Source: Eledone cirrhosa (Eukaryota). Taken from it: 64,000 nt of DNA. This document shows, piece by piece, positions 1-11,695 of this stretch. The notes under the pieces are model-generated. The model did no database searches. It was not told the DNA's origin and was given only the letters and a program-made list of their open reading frames with translations. The translations under genes were made by a program, and so were the position numbers. The DNA lies in contig OZ024740.1 of the NCBI GenBank assembly GCA_964016885.1, positions 43,524,001-43,588,000 on the forward strand, in the 5' to 3' direction. Position 1 is the stretch's first letter, and every line of letters begins with the position of its first letter.

Positions 1-137
1 ACCACTACTACTGCTGCTGCTACTGCTACTACTACTACTACTACTACTACTACTGCTGCTACTACTACTACTAATAATAATAATAATACTACTACTACCA
101 CTACTACTGCTGCTGCTACTGCTACTACTACTACTAG
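1..137. repeat. (CTA)n/(CTG)n trinucleotide microsatellite
   Basis: Directly visible ctactacta/ctgctg repeats. Confidence 0.95.
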
Positions 138-1355
138 TAATTGTTTCAACAGTTGGCACAAGGCCAGCAAATACCCAGTACATTACTGGTACTTTATTTT
201 ATCGACCCCGTAAGGATGAAAGGCAAAGTAAACCTCAGCAGAATTGGAACTCGTTCTGTAAAGGGACGTAACTGTGCTGGAAAGCATGGCGTCCGACTCT
301 TTACCGATACTGCCATTCCACCGCCCAATACTACTACTAATAACGGTTTCTACTTTTGGCACAAGGCCAGCAAACACCCAGTGCATTACTGGTACTTTAT
401 TTTATCGACCCCGTAAGGATGAAAGGATGATTTGAATTCAGAATGGCAAGGGCCGTAACTCTATGCGTCAAAGCATGGCGTACGACCCTCTACCGATACT
501 GCCAATCCAGCGCCCTACTACTAATAATAATGCTTTCTTATATAGGCACAAGGTCAGCAATTTTGGGGGAGGGGAAAGTTGATTAAATTGACCCCAGTGC
601 GTTACTGGTACTTTATTTTATCGTCCTCGAAAGGATGAAAGGCAAAATTAACCTCGACGGGATTTGAACTCAAATCATAAAGGGCACTACTACTACTAAT
701 ACTAATAATATCTGATATAGGCACAGGGCCAACAATCTTGTGGGAGGGGAAAGTAGATTACGTCGCCACCAGTGCATGACAGGTATTTTATTTATCGACC
801 TCGTAAAGATGAAAGGCAAAGCAAACCTCGACAGGATTCGAAATCAGAACGCAGGGGGGCGTAACTCTATGCCACGAAACATGTTAGACGACGCTCTACT
901 GATATTGCCAATCGACAGCCCTTATTAATAATGGTTTCTTATATAGGCACAAAGACAACAATTTGGGAGGTGGGAAAATCGATTAATTCGATTCCAGTGC
1001 ATGTCTGGCATTTTATTTTATCGACCTCGTATAGATAAAAGTCAAAGCTGACCTCAGCGAGATTTGAACTCAAGGCATAAAGAAACGTAACTAAATGCTA
1101 TAAAGCATTTTGTGCGACGCCCTACCGATTCAGCCAACCTACCACCTTTGTAAAGGCTTCTAATTTAGACACAAAGGCAGTAATTCGTAGGATCGAAAAA
1201 GTCGATTATATCGACCCCTGTACATAATTGGCACATTATTTAATTGATCCCGGAAGTATCGAGGATAAAATAGTACTCGGCACTATTTGAACCCAGAATG
1301 TAAGAAATCAGAACAAATTCCCAGTGGGCTAACAATTCTGCCAACCCACCGCCCC
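138..1355 (-). mobile_element. Cluster of about six tRNA-derived SINE copies in the same orientation (approx. 138-328, 338-514, 528-690, 710-921, 925-1147, 1155-1355)
   Basis: Repeated reverse complement of the SINE consensus: A-box-like TGGCAGTATCGG, B-box-like GAGTTCAAATCC, core ctttgcctttcatccttacggggtcgataaaataaagtaccag, tail ggccttgtgccaaaagtagaaacaatt. From recollection, the core resembles the Meta domain found in octopus SINEs. Confidence 0.88.
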
Positions 1356-1372
1356 AAAATAATAATGACAAT

Positions 1373-1566
1373 AATTATTGTTTCTACTTTTGGGACAAGG
1401 TCAGCAATTATCCCAGTGCATTACTGGTACTTTATTTTATCGACCCCATAAGGATGAAAGGCAAAGTTAACCTCGGCCTTTCATCCTTACGAGGTCGATA
1501 AAATAAAGTACCAGTAATGCACTGGGATAATTGCTGGCCTTGTGCTAAAAGTAGAAACAATTATTA
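1373..1566. mobile_element. Fold-back palindrome made of the SINE 3' half
   Basis: 1376-1463 is the near-perfect reverse complement of 1475-1566, with spacer aaagttaacctcg. Confidence 0.9.
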
Positions 1567-3039
1567 GTTTGTGATAAACAGGAAGTGACTTAGGTCACAC
1601 CTGTCCGAGGAAAACATCGAATAATGTTCCGCTGTAGCACTACTAGATACTCTCCAGGCTGAATTGTCTCTGGAATAGAATGTTCACTTGATCGTAGTGG
1701 AAGACTAAATTTTTCACCTAACCGGTAGTTGTTTTTGCTTGTCGGTAATTGTCTTTAGAAACGTCAACCGCATTGTCTGACTGGTAGAGAATTATGTCTA
1801 CCTGACATCATTCCCGATATCAGGCGCCAAATCTTGACCCCTGAGCTTCCATCAAAAGGATAAGTTGCAGGACAGCTTCCTAAAAAATGGTGACATCTTC
1901 CTACAGTCCAGGATTCTCTTCAAATGGTACAGCCACGGCACACCTCTGTGTTTCACAGATCGAGATATAAGGATTTATACTCTATGCAGACCAATATTCT
2001 TTGTAGATACTGCAAATCCTGCGCATCCATATGATTCGTAAACAACGAGCCCTCCACATAGAACATGCTTTAAGGGAATTGAACGTCTGAATAGTGAACA
2101 GGTATTTACCACATTATACCAAAGAACAGACAATCTAATCTCATCCGACAAAAACCTGAGTTAAGGTACATTTGTTAAGTTGAAATATATAAGGATACAA
2201 TCCATGCGTTTGCCACCCACGCCCAACATTTAGAGATGAGATTCACCTCAGTCCCTTTCTGGGTGAGATTGGGCACTCTGCTTGTAACAACACAGTTTCT
2301 ATACATTTGGAGGTCAGGCCCCAAGACATTAACAGTAATATCGGCCAATGACTCTTAGCACCATCCGGCGTGGACTGGTATTTCCAGTTGCCTAAGTAAC
2401 TGAGTAAGTAAGAAGAAGAAGAAGAAGAAGAAAAATAAAAAGAAAAAGAAAAAGAAGAAGAAGAAGATATATAAATGGTGGGTGGTATACGTGCAATAAT
2501 ACATTGTAATGTATTATTGTAATGTAAAATGTATAGCTCTCTGCCCGATAAAATTAATGTATTACCAATGTTCATATAAATTGTCGATTAATCAGATGAA
2601 GAGAACACAAGATAATTTCACAATGATAATTTCACTTAAAAATAACAATAGAAAATACAAAACGAAATAGTTTTATTCATCCAAAAGTTAAGAAAGAAAG
2701 TGAACATTGTATTTAGTACACTAAAAGTACATCTTCTACAGCCAAATTACTTTCTCGACACAATTCAATAATCTAATACGAGACCCATTAGTGATTAGGA
2801 ATTAAATAAGATCCAGTTTTCACTTCTCAATTTCAGAAAAGAAGAAAAAAAATGGAATATATAAAAGGAAAAAGTGATAGGAAAGGTATACATGTCTATA
2901 GTGCAGGCTTATTTCATGGTGATTAGTGTGGCTCCCACATCATCTATTTTCTAAGGCAGCATCTATAACCTCGATATTATATTGGGACACCTACAACATC
3001 TTTCTTTTATTGTGGCACCCACAACATCTTTATTTTATT

Positions 3040-4400
3040 GTGAATCCACATCTTTATTCAATTGTGACACTCACAACATCTTTATTCTATTATGGCACCC
3101 ACAACATCTTTATTCAATTGTGTCACCCACATCTTTATTTTATTGTGACATCCACAACCTCTCCATTTCATTGTGACACCCACAGTGTCTATATTCTATT
3201 GTGACACCCACAAAAGTCTATATTTCATTGTGACACCCACAACATCTATATCTTATTGTGACACCCACAACATCTATATCTTATTGTGACTCCCACAACA
3301 TCTATATCTTATTGTGACTCCCACAACATCTATATCTTATTGTGACTCCCACAACATCTATATCTTATTGTGACACCCACAACATCTATATCTTATTGTG
3401 ACACCCACAACATCTATATCTTATTGTGACACCCACAACATCTATATCTTATTGTGACTCCCACAACATCTATATCTTATTGTGACTCCCACAACATCTA
3501 TATCTTATTGTGACTCCCACAACATCTATATCTTATTGTGACTCCCACAACATCTATATCTTATTGTGACACCCACAACATCTATATCTTATTGTGACAC
3601 CCACAACATCTATATCTTATTGTGACACCCACAACATCTATATCTTATTGTGACACCCACAACATCTATATCTTATTGTGACTCCCACAACATCTATATC
3701 TTATTGTGACTCCCACAACATCTATATCTTATTGTGACACCCACAACATCTATATCTTATTGTGACACCCACAGCATCTATATCTTATTGTGAGTCCCAC
3801 AACATCTATATCTTATTGTGACACCCACAACATCTATATCTTATTGTGACTCCCACAACATCTATATCTTATTGTGACTCCCACAACATCTATATCTTAT
3901 TGTGACTCCCACAACATCTTAATCTTATTGTGACACCCACAACATCTATATCTTATTGTGACACCCACAACATCTATATCTTATTGTGACACCCACAACA
4001 TCTATATCTTATTGTGACATCCACAACCTCTCCATTTCATTGTGACACCCACAACATCTATATCTTATTGTGACTCCCACAACATCTATATCTTATTGTG
4101 ACTCCCACAACATCTATATCTTATTGTGACTCCCACAACATCTATATCTTATATAGACACCCACAACATCTATATTCTATTGCGTCTCCCACATCTATAT
4201 TTTATCGTGTCACCCACATCTATATTTTATTGTGTCACCCACAACATCTATATCTTATTGTGTCACCCACAACATCTATATCTTATTGTGACTCCCACAT
4301 CTATAGTTTATTGTGTCTCCCAAAACATCTATATTTTATTGCGTCACCCACAACATCTATATTTTATTGCGTCACCCACATCTATATTTCATTGTGACTC
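3040..4400. repeat. 28-bp minisatellite (tgtgac[a/t]cccacaacatctatatcttat)n with degenerate flanks
   Basis: Unit starts at 3231 and 3259 (period 28). Contiguous copies have no spacers and show two alternating variants. Confidence 0.95.
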
Positions 4401-4811
4401 CAGCAATGGCTATATTCTATTCAAAACAGCTGACACTCACAACGGTGAGATTTTGTCCCCGGCACGTGACTCCTACAACGATCATATTCCGATTACGTCA
4501 TATAACACTTTAAAGAGCGATACACTGTTTACATCACGTGACTCCCATAACGGTTATACTCTTCTCACAACACATGACTCCTTAATGTACACATATAATG
4601 TTGTTGTCCGACCTCCGTCGGTTACGACAACGAATGAACCAATTGTTTGAAGGAAGATATAGTCTGCACAGCAAGTGACTGAGCATTACATAGATATGTG
4701 CATCATTAATGTAGTTCTCAGGGAGCTTACGACAAAGCTGGCCATTGAAATTACTGATACAACTCATATTTTCAACTAGGTGAAGTGAAGCGACATTATT
4801 GGCAGTATCGT

Positions 4812-5450
4812 GGATTGGCAGTATTGGTAGACTGTCGGATGCCATGCTTTGACGCATAGAGTTACGGTCCTTGCCATTCTGAGTTCAAATCCCGCCGAGG
4901 TTAACTTTGCCTTTCATCCTTACGGGGTCGATAAAATAAAGTACCAGTAATACACTGGGTAATTGCTGGCCTTGTGCCTAACGTAGAAACAATTATTGGC
5001 AGTATCGTTAGAGGGTCAGACGCCATGCTTTGACGCATAAAGTTACGGCCCTTACCATTCTGAGTTCAAATCCTGCCGAAGTTAACTTTGCCTTTCATCC
5101 TTACGGGGTCGATAAAATAAAGTACCAGTAATGCACTGGCTAATTGCTGGCTTTGTGCCAAAAGTAGAAACAATTAAATTAAGTGTCTTACTGAAGGATG
5201 CACCGGTCTGCCGGGAATAACACATAATCAAACGATTGTGTGCCGAAACCCAAACCGCTACATCACATCCCTTCAGACACGTATACAATCTTGGTATTAT
5301 TTATCACAGAGTTACGTCCCTTTACGGTATGGGATCAAATCCCGCCGAGGTTAACTTTGCCTTTCATCCCTACGGGGTCGATAAAATAAAATACCAATAA
5401 TGCACTGGGATAATTGCTGGCCTTGTGCCAAAAGTAGTAACAATTAATTA
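4812..5450 (+). mobile_element. Three SINE copies (approx. 4812-4997, 4995-5177, 5307-5450)
   Basis: Same SINE head, core and tail motifs on the + strand. Confidence 0.88.
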
Positions 5451-5749
5451 TCATGTCTAACAAAGAAAGTTTAATATAATTAATGCATTGTGATAATTTA
5501 AAAGGTAGCAAAAACGAAGGACAACAAACATAAAGAATAAACATACAAGAAATGCAAATAAAAACATGCGGAGTTATGTAGAAAATGGCATCAAAATCGG
5601 CAGATGTAGGACGAGTCGGGTTAATTTCCAGACGATTTGGTACAGCTTAACTTGTTGGAAGGTGACCTCCGATATACAATATATAGATTTGCTGTCGAGG
5701 GTCTCACGAATCCAAACCAGTGCTGAGACGTAACCAAGAAAGAAGCCGG

Positions 5750-6128
5750 CACATTACACTCTACGTGTGAGTGGAGTCATATTGAAGCCGGTGGAGAAGT
5801 ACAAGTATCTCGGGGCTGTTTTCATGAGTAATAGTACATTAATTAAATTAAAAGGATGCAGGAACTGGTGTAACAATGTGCTAGTTTCAAAATTCGGTTA
5901 TCAGAAGAAGGGAGGTAGGTGGGAAAAAAAACTCACCCTCGTCAATTCGGCGTTCGTGTCTACCTTTACCATTGGTTAGGAATCTTGTTTAACGAGCGAA
6001 AGAAGGTGATCGCAAATAGGAGTCGCCGAAATCGGGTTCCTTCAAAGAGTTTTGGAAGTAACGTTAGTTGGTAGGATGCGTAGTTTAGAGATAAAGCAGT
6101 CGCTCCAGTGTGAGCCGCTACTTACTGC
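5750..6128 (+). pseudogene. Degenerate RTE-clade LINE fragment (C-terminal to the RT core)
   Basis: Translation VEKYKYLG...KLTLVNSAFVSTFTIG*ESCLTSERR...AEIGFLQRV...RMRSLEIKQSLQCEPLL resembles the RTE-clade ORF C-terminal region. Stops are present. Confidence 0.6.
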
Positions 6129-8829
6129 CGCCAACAACAACAAAAACAACAAGACACCGCATAACGATAACAAATAAAACACCGATGAGACTGATACCGT
6201 TCGTTTATATATGCACCCATATCAATTGATTGAGTTGTCGTGGAACCGTAGTGACATAAGATTTGGCTTGACCATTTGCACATGGGGTGCCCATTCCATC
6301 TCTGTGTCTGTACACAGCCGATTTCATCCAGAGAATAGTGATAGTGCGTATGTAAGAAAAAGACATAGAGGAAGAATCAACCCCAGTACTTGAATGGTAC
6401 TTTTTATCGACTTCAAAACGATGCAAGACCAATATGACGTCAATGGGTTTTGAACTCAGTGCGCAGAGAGCCGCAACTCTTACTGCAAAGCATTCTATCA
6501 GATTTTCTAATCAATCTTCCAATTCACTGCCTGCTACTGTTAAATTGTTATAGCTGAATTGTTGTGTTTTGAATGATAGGATATGTGTGCCTGTGTGCGT
6601 ATGTGTGCTCATGTGTTGTGTTATCAGTAATGTAGGATATTATTCCATCTGGTGGGTCATTTTACCTGTTGTCCGGAGTTCTGTTTTGCATAGTGAAACT
6701 GATCGGTAATCTATTACATCACCTCTAGTAACTTGACTTGTACTTTATTCTATAAATATCAGTGACAAAAAGCAAATATGACCTTGGATGCGGGATTTGA
6801 ACTTATAACGTTAAAGGTTTTGGGCAAATACGGTGACAGCCTGAACAAATATCCGACGTTCTAACGAGCCAGCCTATCAAAAGTCCTAGATATAACGAGA
6901 GGGTTATTTAAAAGCTAAAATCGATAAATCATATTATAGATTAACACAAAGATATCTCTATACTGAAATAGCAATATGTACGCACACAGACAAGCAGACA
7001 TATACACATGCAAATACACACACACAGACACATACAAACGCACACATTATACACTCACATAAACACAAACACACGCAAACCGAAACGCACACAGACACAA
7101 AAGTACACATGCAAACACATCCAGGCACACACACATGCACACATTCACGCAAGCGCAAACGCACACACACGCAAACTGTAACACTCCTACACAAACAAGT
7201 AAACGAAAACACACAAACTTATGCACATATAAGTCCATAGTTTCCATACTGAAAAGCGATGTCAACATCACTATCAGCAGGATATGGTCACAGAAAGTGT
7301 AAAACAATGATGCTATCTGCCTCATAATTTCTACTTTAAAAACAGTGAAATCCTAACAAAACAAAAAAAAACAATAAAAACGATTTGTAAAAACATGCAG
7401 ATGAATAAAATAATAAATCACAATCCTAATGTAAACAATACGTTCAGATGCCAACGAAAATAATTTTGAGAGATACAAATACCACAGAAATATAACAATA
7501 CATAAAAAGATGGATGCGAAATGAAAGGCGTCTAAAGCAAGATACTCTTGCTAAATTGCAATGAATCCCTCCTTATGAAATGCAAATAGCATTTCTTTGA
7601 AAATACACAATATGTTTCCGACTGTAAACATTCTCCAGGAACAAATACTTTGCCAACTGAAAGAACATAGTAAAGTTGGGGTGGCATTTGGTGAACTCAT
7701 AAATTTATGGATACTGCTACATTAGTCATGAGAAAAATGGCGACAATAAACAATACGTTCACTGAACTTACCACTAATAAATAGAAAACAGTTTTAAGGA
7801 TTCAAATAAAAGGGTCCGTTATGAGAAACAACGTACTACATTTGCTCCAACTCTTTTCTATTTTGCGCTAATAGCTAAATCAATAAGCTTAACTGGACCA
7901 TACACAAACATGTAACTTGAAACATTCTTTCGATTTAGTTGGGGGGCTAGCAGGAAAGTATGTTTAGAAAGAGGCGCAAAAGCAATCTCGAAGAGCAAGA
8001 ATCAATTTAAACCTCTACGATCATGTTACATATAGAAATAAAGAGCAAACAGAGAATTGCGAATACATAGGAATTAATGAAGTATATGGCGTGAAATACG
8101 TAGATGGATGGAAGAAAATACTAGAGGAGACAATTATATAGATATAAAACTTAAGACCAGGATGAATATTCTAGTGGATCTTGTAACAGCGTATTATGAT
8201 AATCACAACTAGGAGTTAAGAGAATTTACGACACTAAACATGAAAGCAAGAAAACTTAATCACTGCAAAAACCGTAACGAAAATATATGTAAAGTATCTG
8301 ATGTACTGCTAGAAATATACCTCATACAGAATAAAGATGAAAAATGCATGAACAAAACAAACCAAGCATTAGGAACAAACAATGGCTTCAATATACCGAA
8401 GCTTCTATGTACCCTCCGTAATGTCCCCCAGTTATACCCACATACTTACCCTCGCAAATCACAGAACCTGTATCCGGCCCTGAGATATACTACGTCCAGT
8501 TTGAAGACACTGGATGACCACAGGCCACTATACATTATTAGATACACTAGCCTTGGTCTTCAGTCTCTAGTTTCACTGCGCTTTGATAGTATTTCTTTCC
8601 CCGGTTATCGTCTCTTTTGATCTCACAAACAAGGTTGTCCACAACACAACAGTCCCTACTGTGATCGGGGAACGCGAGGCGGTCAACCTAAGGTAGCAAT
8701 GCGACCTGGAATGTGATTGGTGTCAGTTCTGCCGAAATTCAAAACCCCTACATTTTATAGACTTCCAGTCCTCCCAAAGCATATGAGACTCCATTCAGTG
8801 TAACATAGCCTCGGACAGGCTAGTGCACC

Positions 8830-9110
8830 GGCTTGAGCAGCATCATTTGGCATATTTTCGCTCAGCCTTCTAACCCCACACCTGTGCCTGGCTTAACGAT
8901 GTATCTATGCTTTCAACCACTACCCGGCCGGACATCGAATATTTGTGCATCGGTGATTCCCTGAGGCTCGGCCTCAGGATCTGTGATTCACACAAATGCG
9001 GCAGTAGTTCCACTGTTGACGCTTTTGACACTCACCCACAATCATTTGCTGTGGTGCCCGATACCCCCCCCCCTCCGACACGCCGCTCTCAATGTGATAC
9101 CAAAGGATAA
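8830..9110 (+). pseudogene. Degenerate CRE-like non-LTR retrotransposon fragment
   Basis: PHTCAWLN...IGDSLRLGLRICDSHKC...TVD...RHAALNVI resembles the CRE-clade region before the restriction-like endonuclease (RLE). Confidence 0.5.
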
Positions 9111-10097
9111 CTTGCACACCTCAGACTTCCTCGTCGGAAGTTGGTTGGATAACATCTATACGCTCCGCTGATCTCGCTTGGGGATTCAGCTGGATCAATT
9201 GTATTGTATACAAATATAGATTCAGCGAGAATCGCATTTCGGCGGGTAGGAAAGGCGAAACGAAACGCAAAAATCAGAGATGATACTGGCAAAGTGCTCA
9301 ATAGTTAATAACCAGAACTAAACAATGTATTAAGAAGCCATACAAAATTGAAAAGGTGGTCAAGAAAGCATTAACCACCTAAGCCAAAAAGCAAATCAAG
9401 CTAAACAGGTAAAAAGAAAATGAATGATAAAATCAGACCTGGGCCCTCGGAATTGCTGTTAAAATCCAATGCAGAGTTTCTATGACACCTAAATCAAAAT
9501 ACTGTCTGCTTAAAAATATAAGCTTTGGGTATAATGATCGAACAAATAATATCACGTTATCAACAAGTATGTTGCTCCGTACCAAATATGTGAGTGACAC
9601 AGAGGTAAGTTAAACCACGTGTGGAAATCACAAGGGGAAATAACTCCAGATATATATTTATATATATATATATATATATATATAAATATTTACACATACA
9701 CCAATTAAACAAAGTCACAGATATATATGTGTTTTGGCAACCATTCACGATGTGGCTCAATGAAGAATTAATAAATTAAATACTCAGAGCAAAATACTAT
9801 AAAGTAAAGCAAGTCCATAGAATTATTTGATAATATATATACATCATTTCTTCTCCCAATTAGCATAATTAACCACACAAAAAATCAATTAGACCAGAAT
9901 ATAAGATTAAAAGGCACCTATGCAGAAACAGTAAATAAATATACCATTGCAACGTCTTCGCGGCCAATCGCTATCAAATATCTACCCAACATTTCAACAG
10001 CACGTGGAAATTAATTAAATATACGGTCAACCATACACAATTAGGTATAAAATTAAAGTTAGAAATGCTTATATACATACCAGGATTAAATCACTAA

Positions 10098-10174
10098 ATC
10101 CCTACCATGGTTACGTTCGTATTTTGAGATATCCTATTAAGGATAAATCTCGAGTATCGAACTCGTCAGAGGAC
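10098..10174 (-). ncRNA. Inverted copy of the same hammerhead-like motif
   Basis: Reverse complement of 10512-10588 with the same GTAAC variant. Confidence 0.65.
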
Positions 10175-10511
10175 AAACTCGCTAGGACTGATTTTGCTCT
10201 GAGTATTTAATTATTAATTCTTCATTGAGCCACATCGTGAATGGTTGCTAAAACATATATATCTGTGACTTTGTTTAATTGGTGTATGTGTAAATATTTA
10301 TATTTAATAATCTCCCGTAACGTTGAGACACAATTTGGGCGATATTGGGCTGCGCTTTCTAGCAAACAACCCACTCGCCGTACAACCCACTCGCCGTAAG
10401 CAACCAATCACACTCTTTCTGACTTGACCACTGCCACGTCACAGTTCTCAGCCATTTTGAATTCGTGTTTGGCGGGGGCCACTTCGGAAAAAGATCTGTC
10501 CTAGAGAGTTT

Positions 10512-10588
10512 GTCCCCTGACGAGTTCGATACTCGAGATTTATCCTTAATAGGATATCTCAAAATACGAACGTAACCATGGTAGGGAT
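10512..10588 (+). ncRNA. Type I hammerhead-like motif with variant core (GUAA instead of GAAA)
   Basis: gtccc-CTGACGA-gttcg...cgaac-GTAAC-catg-GTA-gggat. Stem III is palindromic (ACCATGGT). Confidence 0.7.
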
Positions 10589-10888
10589 TTAGTGATTTAA
10601 TTCTGATATGTATATAAGCATTTCTAACTTTAATTTTATACCTAATTGTGTATGGTTGACCGTATATTTAATTAATTTCCACGTTCTGTTGAAATGTTGG
10701 GTAAATATTTTATAGCGGTTGGCCGCGAAGACGCTGCTATGGTATATTTATTACTGTTTCTTCATAGGTGCCTTTTAATCTTATAATCTGGTCCAATTGA
10801 TTTTTTGTGTGGTTAATTATGCTAATTGGGAGAAGAAATGATGTATATATATTATCAAATAATTCTATGGACTTACTTTACTTTATAG

Positions 10889-10972
<84 letters not shown>

Positions 10973-11289
10973 GTGTGTGTATGTATATATATGTGTATAT
11001 ATGTGTGTGTGTGTCTTGGTGTGTGAGTATGTGTGTGCGTGTGTATATATTCTCCACATTACTGATATTAAATCAAATAACATAATTAACATTACCCACA
11101 CTGTACACAACAGAAGAATCACTAAAATAGCACAAGAACCAACAAGCTGAGCACCATAACAGTTTACTAGCAGGAGGGGTTTATACTCTACGATTCCCAC
11201 AGAAATAAGAACACTCAATGCTGCACTTGACTGGGAACTCGGAGGTACATAAGTTGATTCACTTGAGACTCATGAAACTGTCGAAGAAA

Positions 11290-11510
11290 TAATAATGGTT
11301 TCTTGTTTAGACACACGACCAAATCTCTTTAGGGGTCGGAAGTCGATTAAATCGACCTCCGTACGTTACTGGTGCTTTATTTTACCGACCAAATAGGGAT
11401 AAAAGCTAAAGTTAATATCAACTAGATTTGAACTCAGCATGTATAGGGTCATAACTATGTGCCGCAGAGCATGTTGTCCGATGTTCTACCGATACAGCCA
11501 ATCCACCGCT
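11290..11510 (-). mobile_element. Degenerate SINE copy
   Basis: Recognisable SINE core and head (atttgaactc, taccgatacagccaatccaccgc). Confidence 0.7.
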
Positions 11511-11514
11511 CTAA

Positions 11515-11602
11515 TGATAATAATTTTAATAATTATAACAATTATAATAACATTGATGATGATGGTGATGATGGTGATGATGATGATGATGATGATGATG
11601 AC

Positions 11603-11675
<73 letters not shown>

Positions 11676-11695
11676 GTGGTGGTGCTGGTGATGAC
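11515..11695. repeat. (GAT)n microsatellite
   Basis: Directly visible. It explains the spurious poly-M/D/I ORFs. Confidence 0.95.

Larger units (their letters stand above)
9682..10890. mobile_element. Non-coding HHR-bearing element with inverted duplication, flanked by (TA)n (Penelope-derived non-autonomous or retrozyme-like)
   Basis: 9682-9795 is the reverse complement of 10191-10300, and 9799-10188 is the reverse complement of 10498-10890. Both arms carry an HHR motif. Confidence 0.8.

Noticed and set aside
1570-2400. Degenerate LINE remnant ending in (GAA)n (similar weak signals at 7900-8400 and 25000-25450)
   Set aside because: Only faint motif resemblance, so a family cannot be assigned by eye.
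3040-4400. CRISPR array
   Set aside because: The 28-bp units are contiguous with no unique spacers, there are no cas genes, and the context is eukaryotic. It is a minisatellite.
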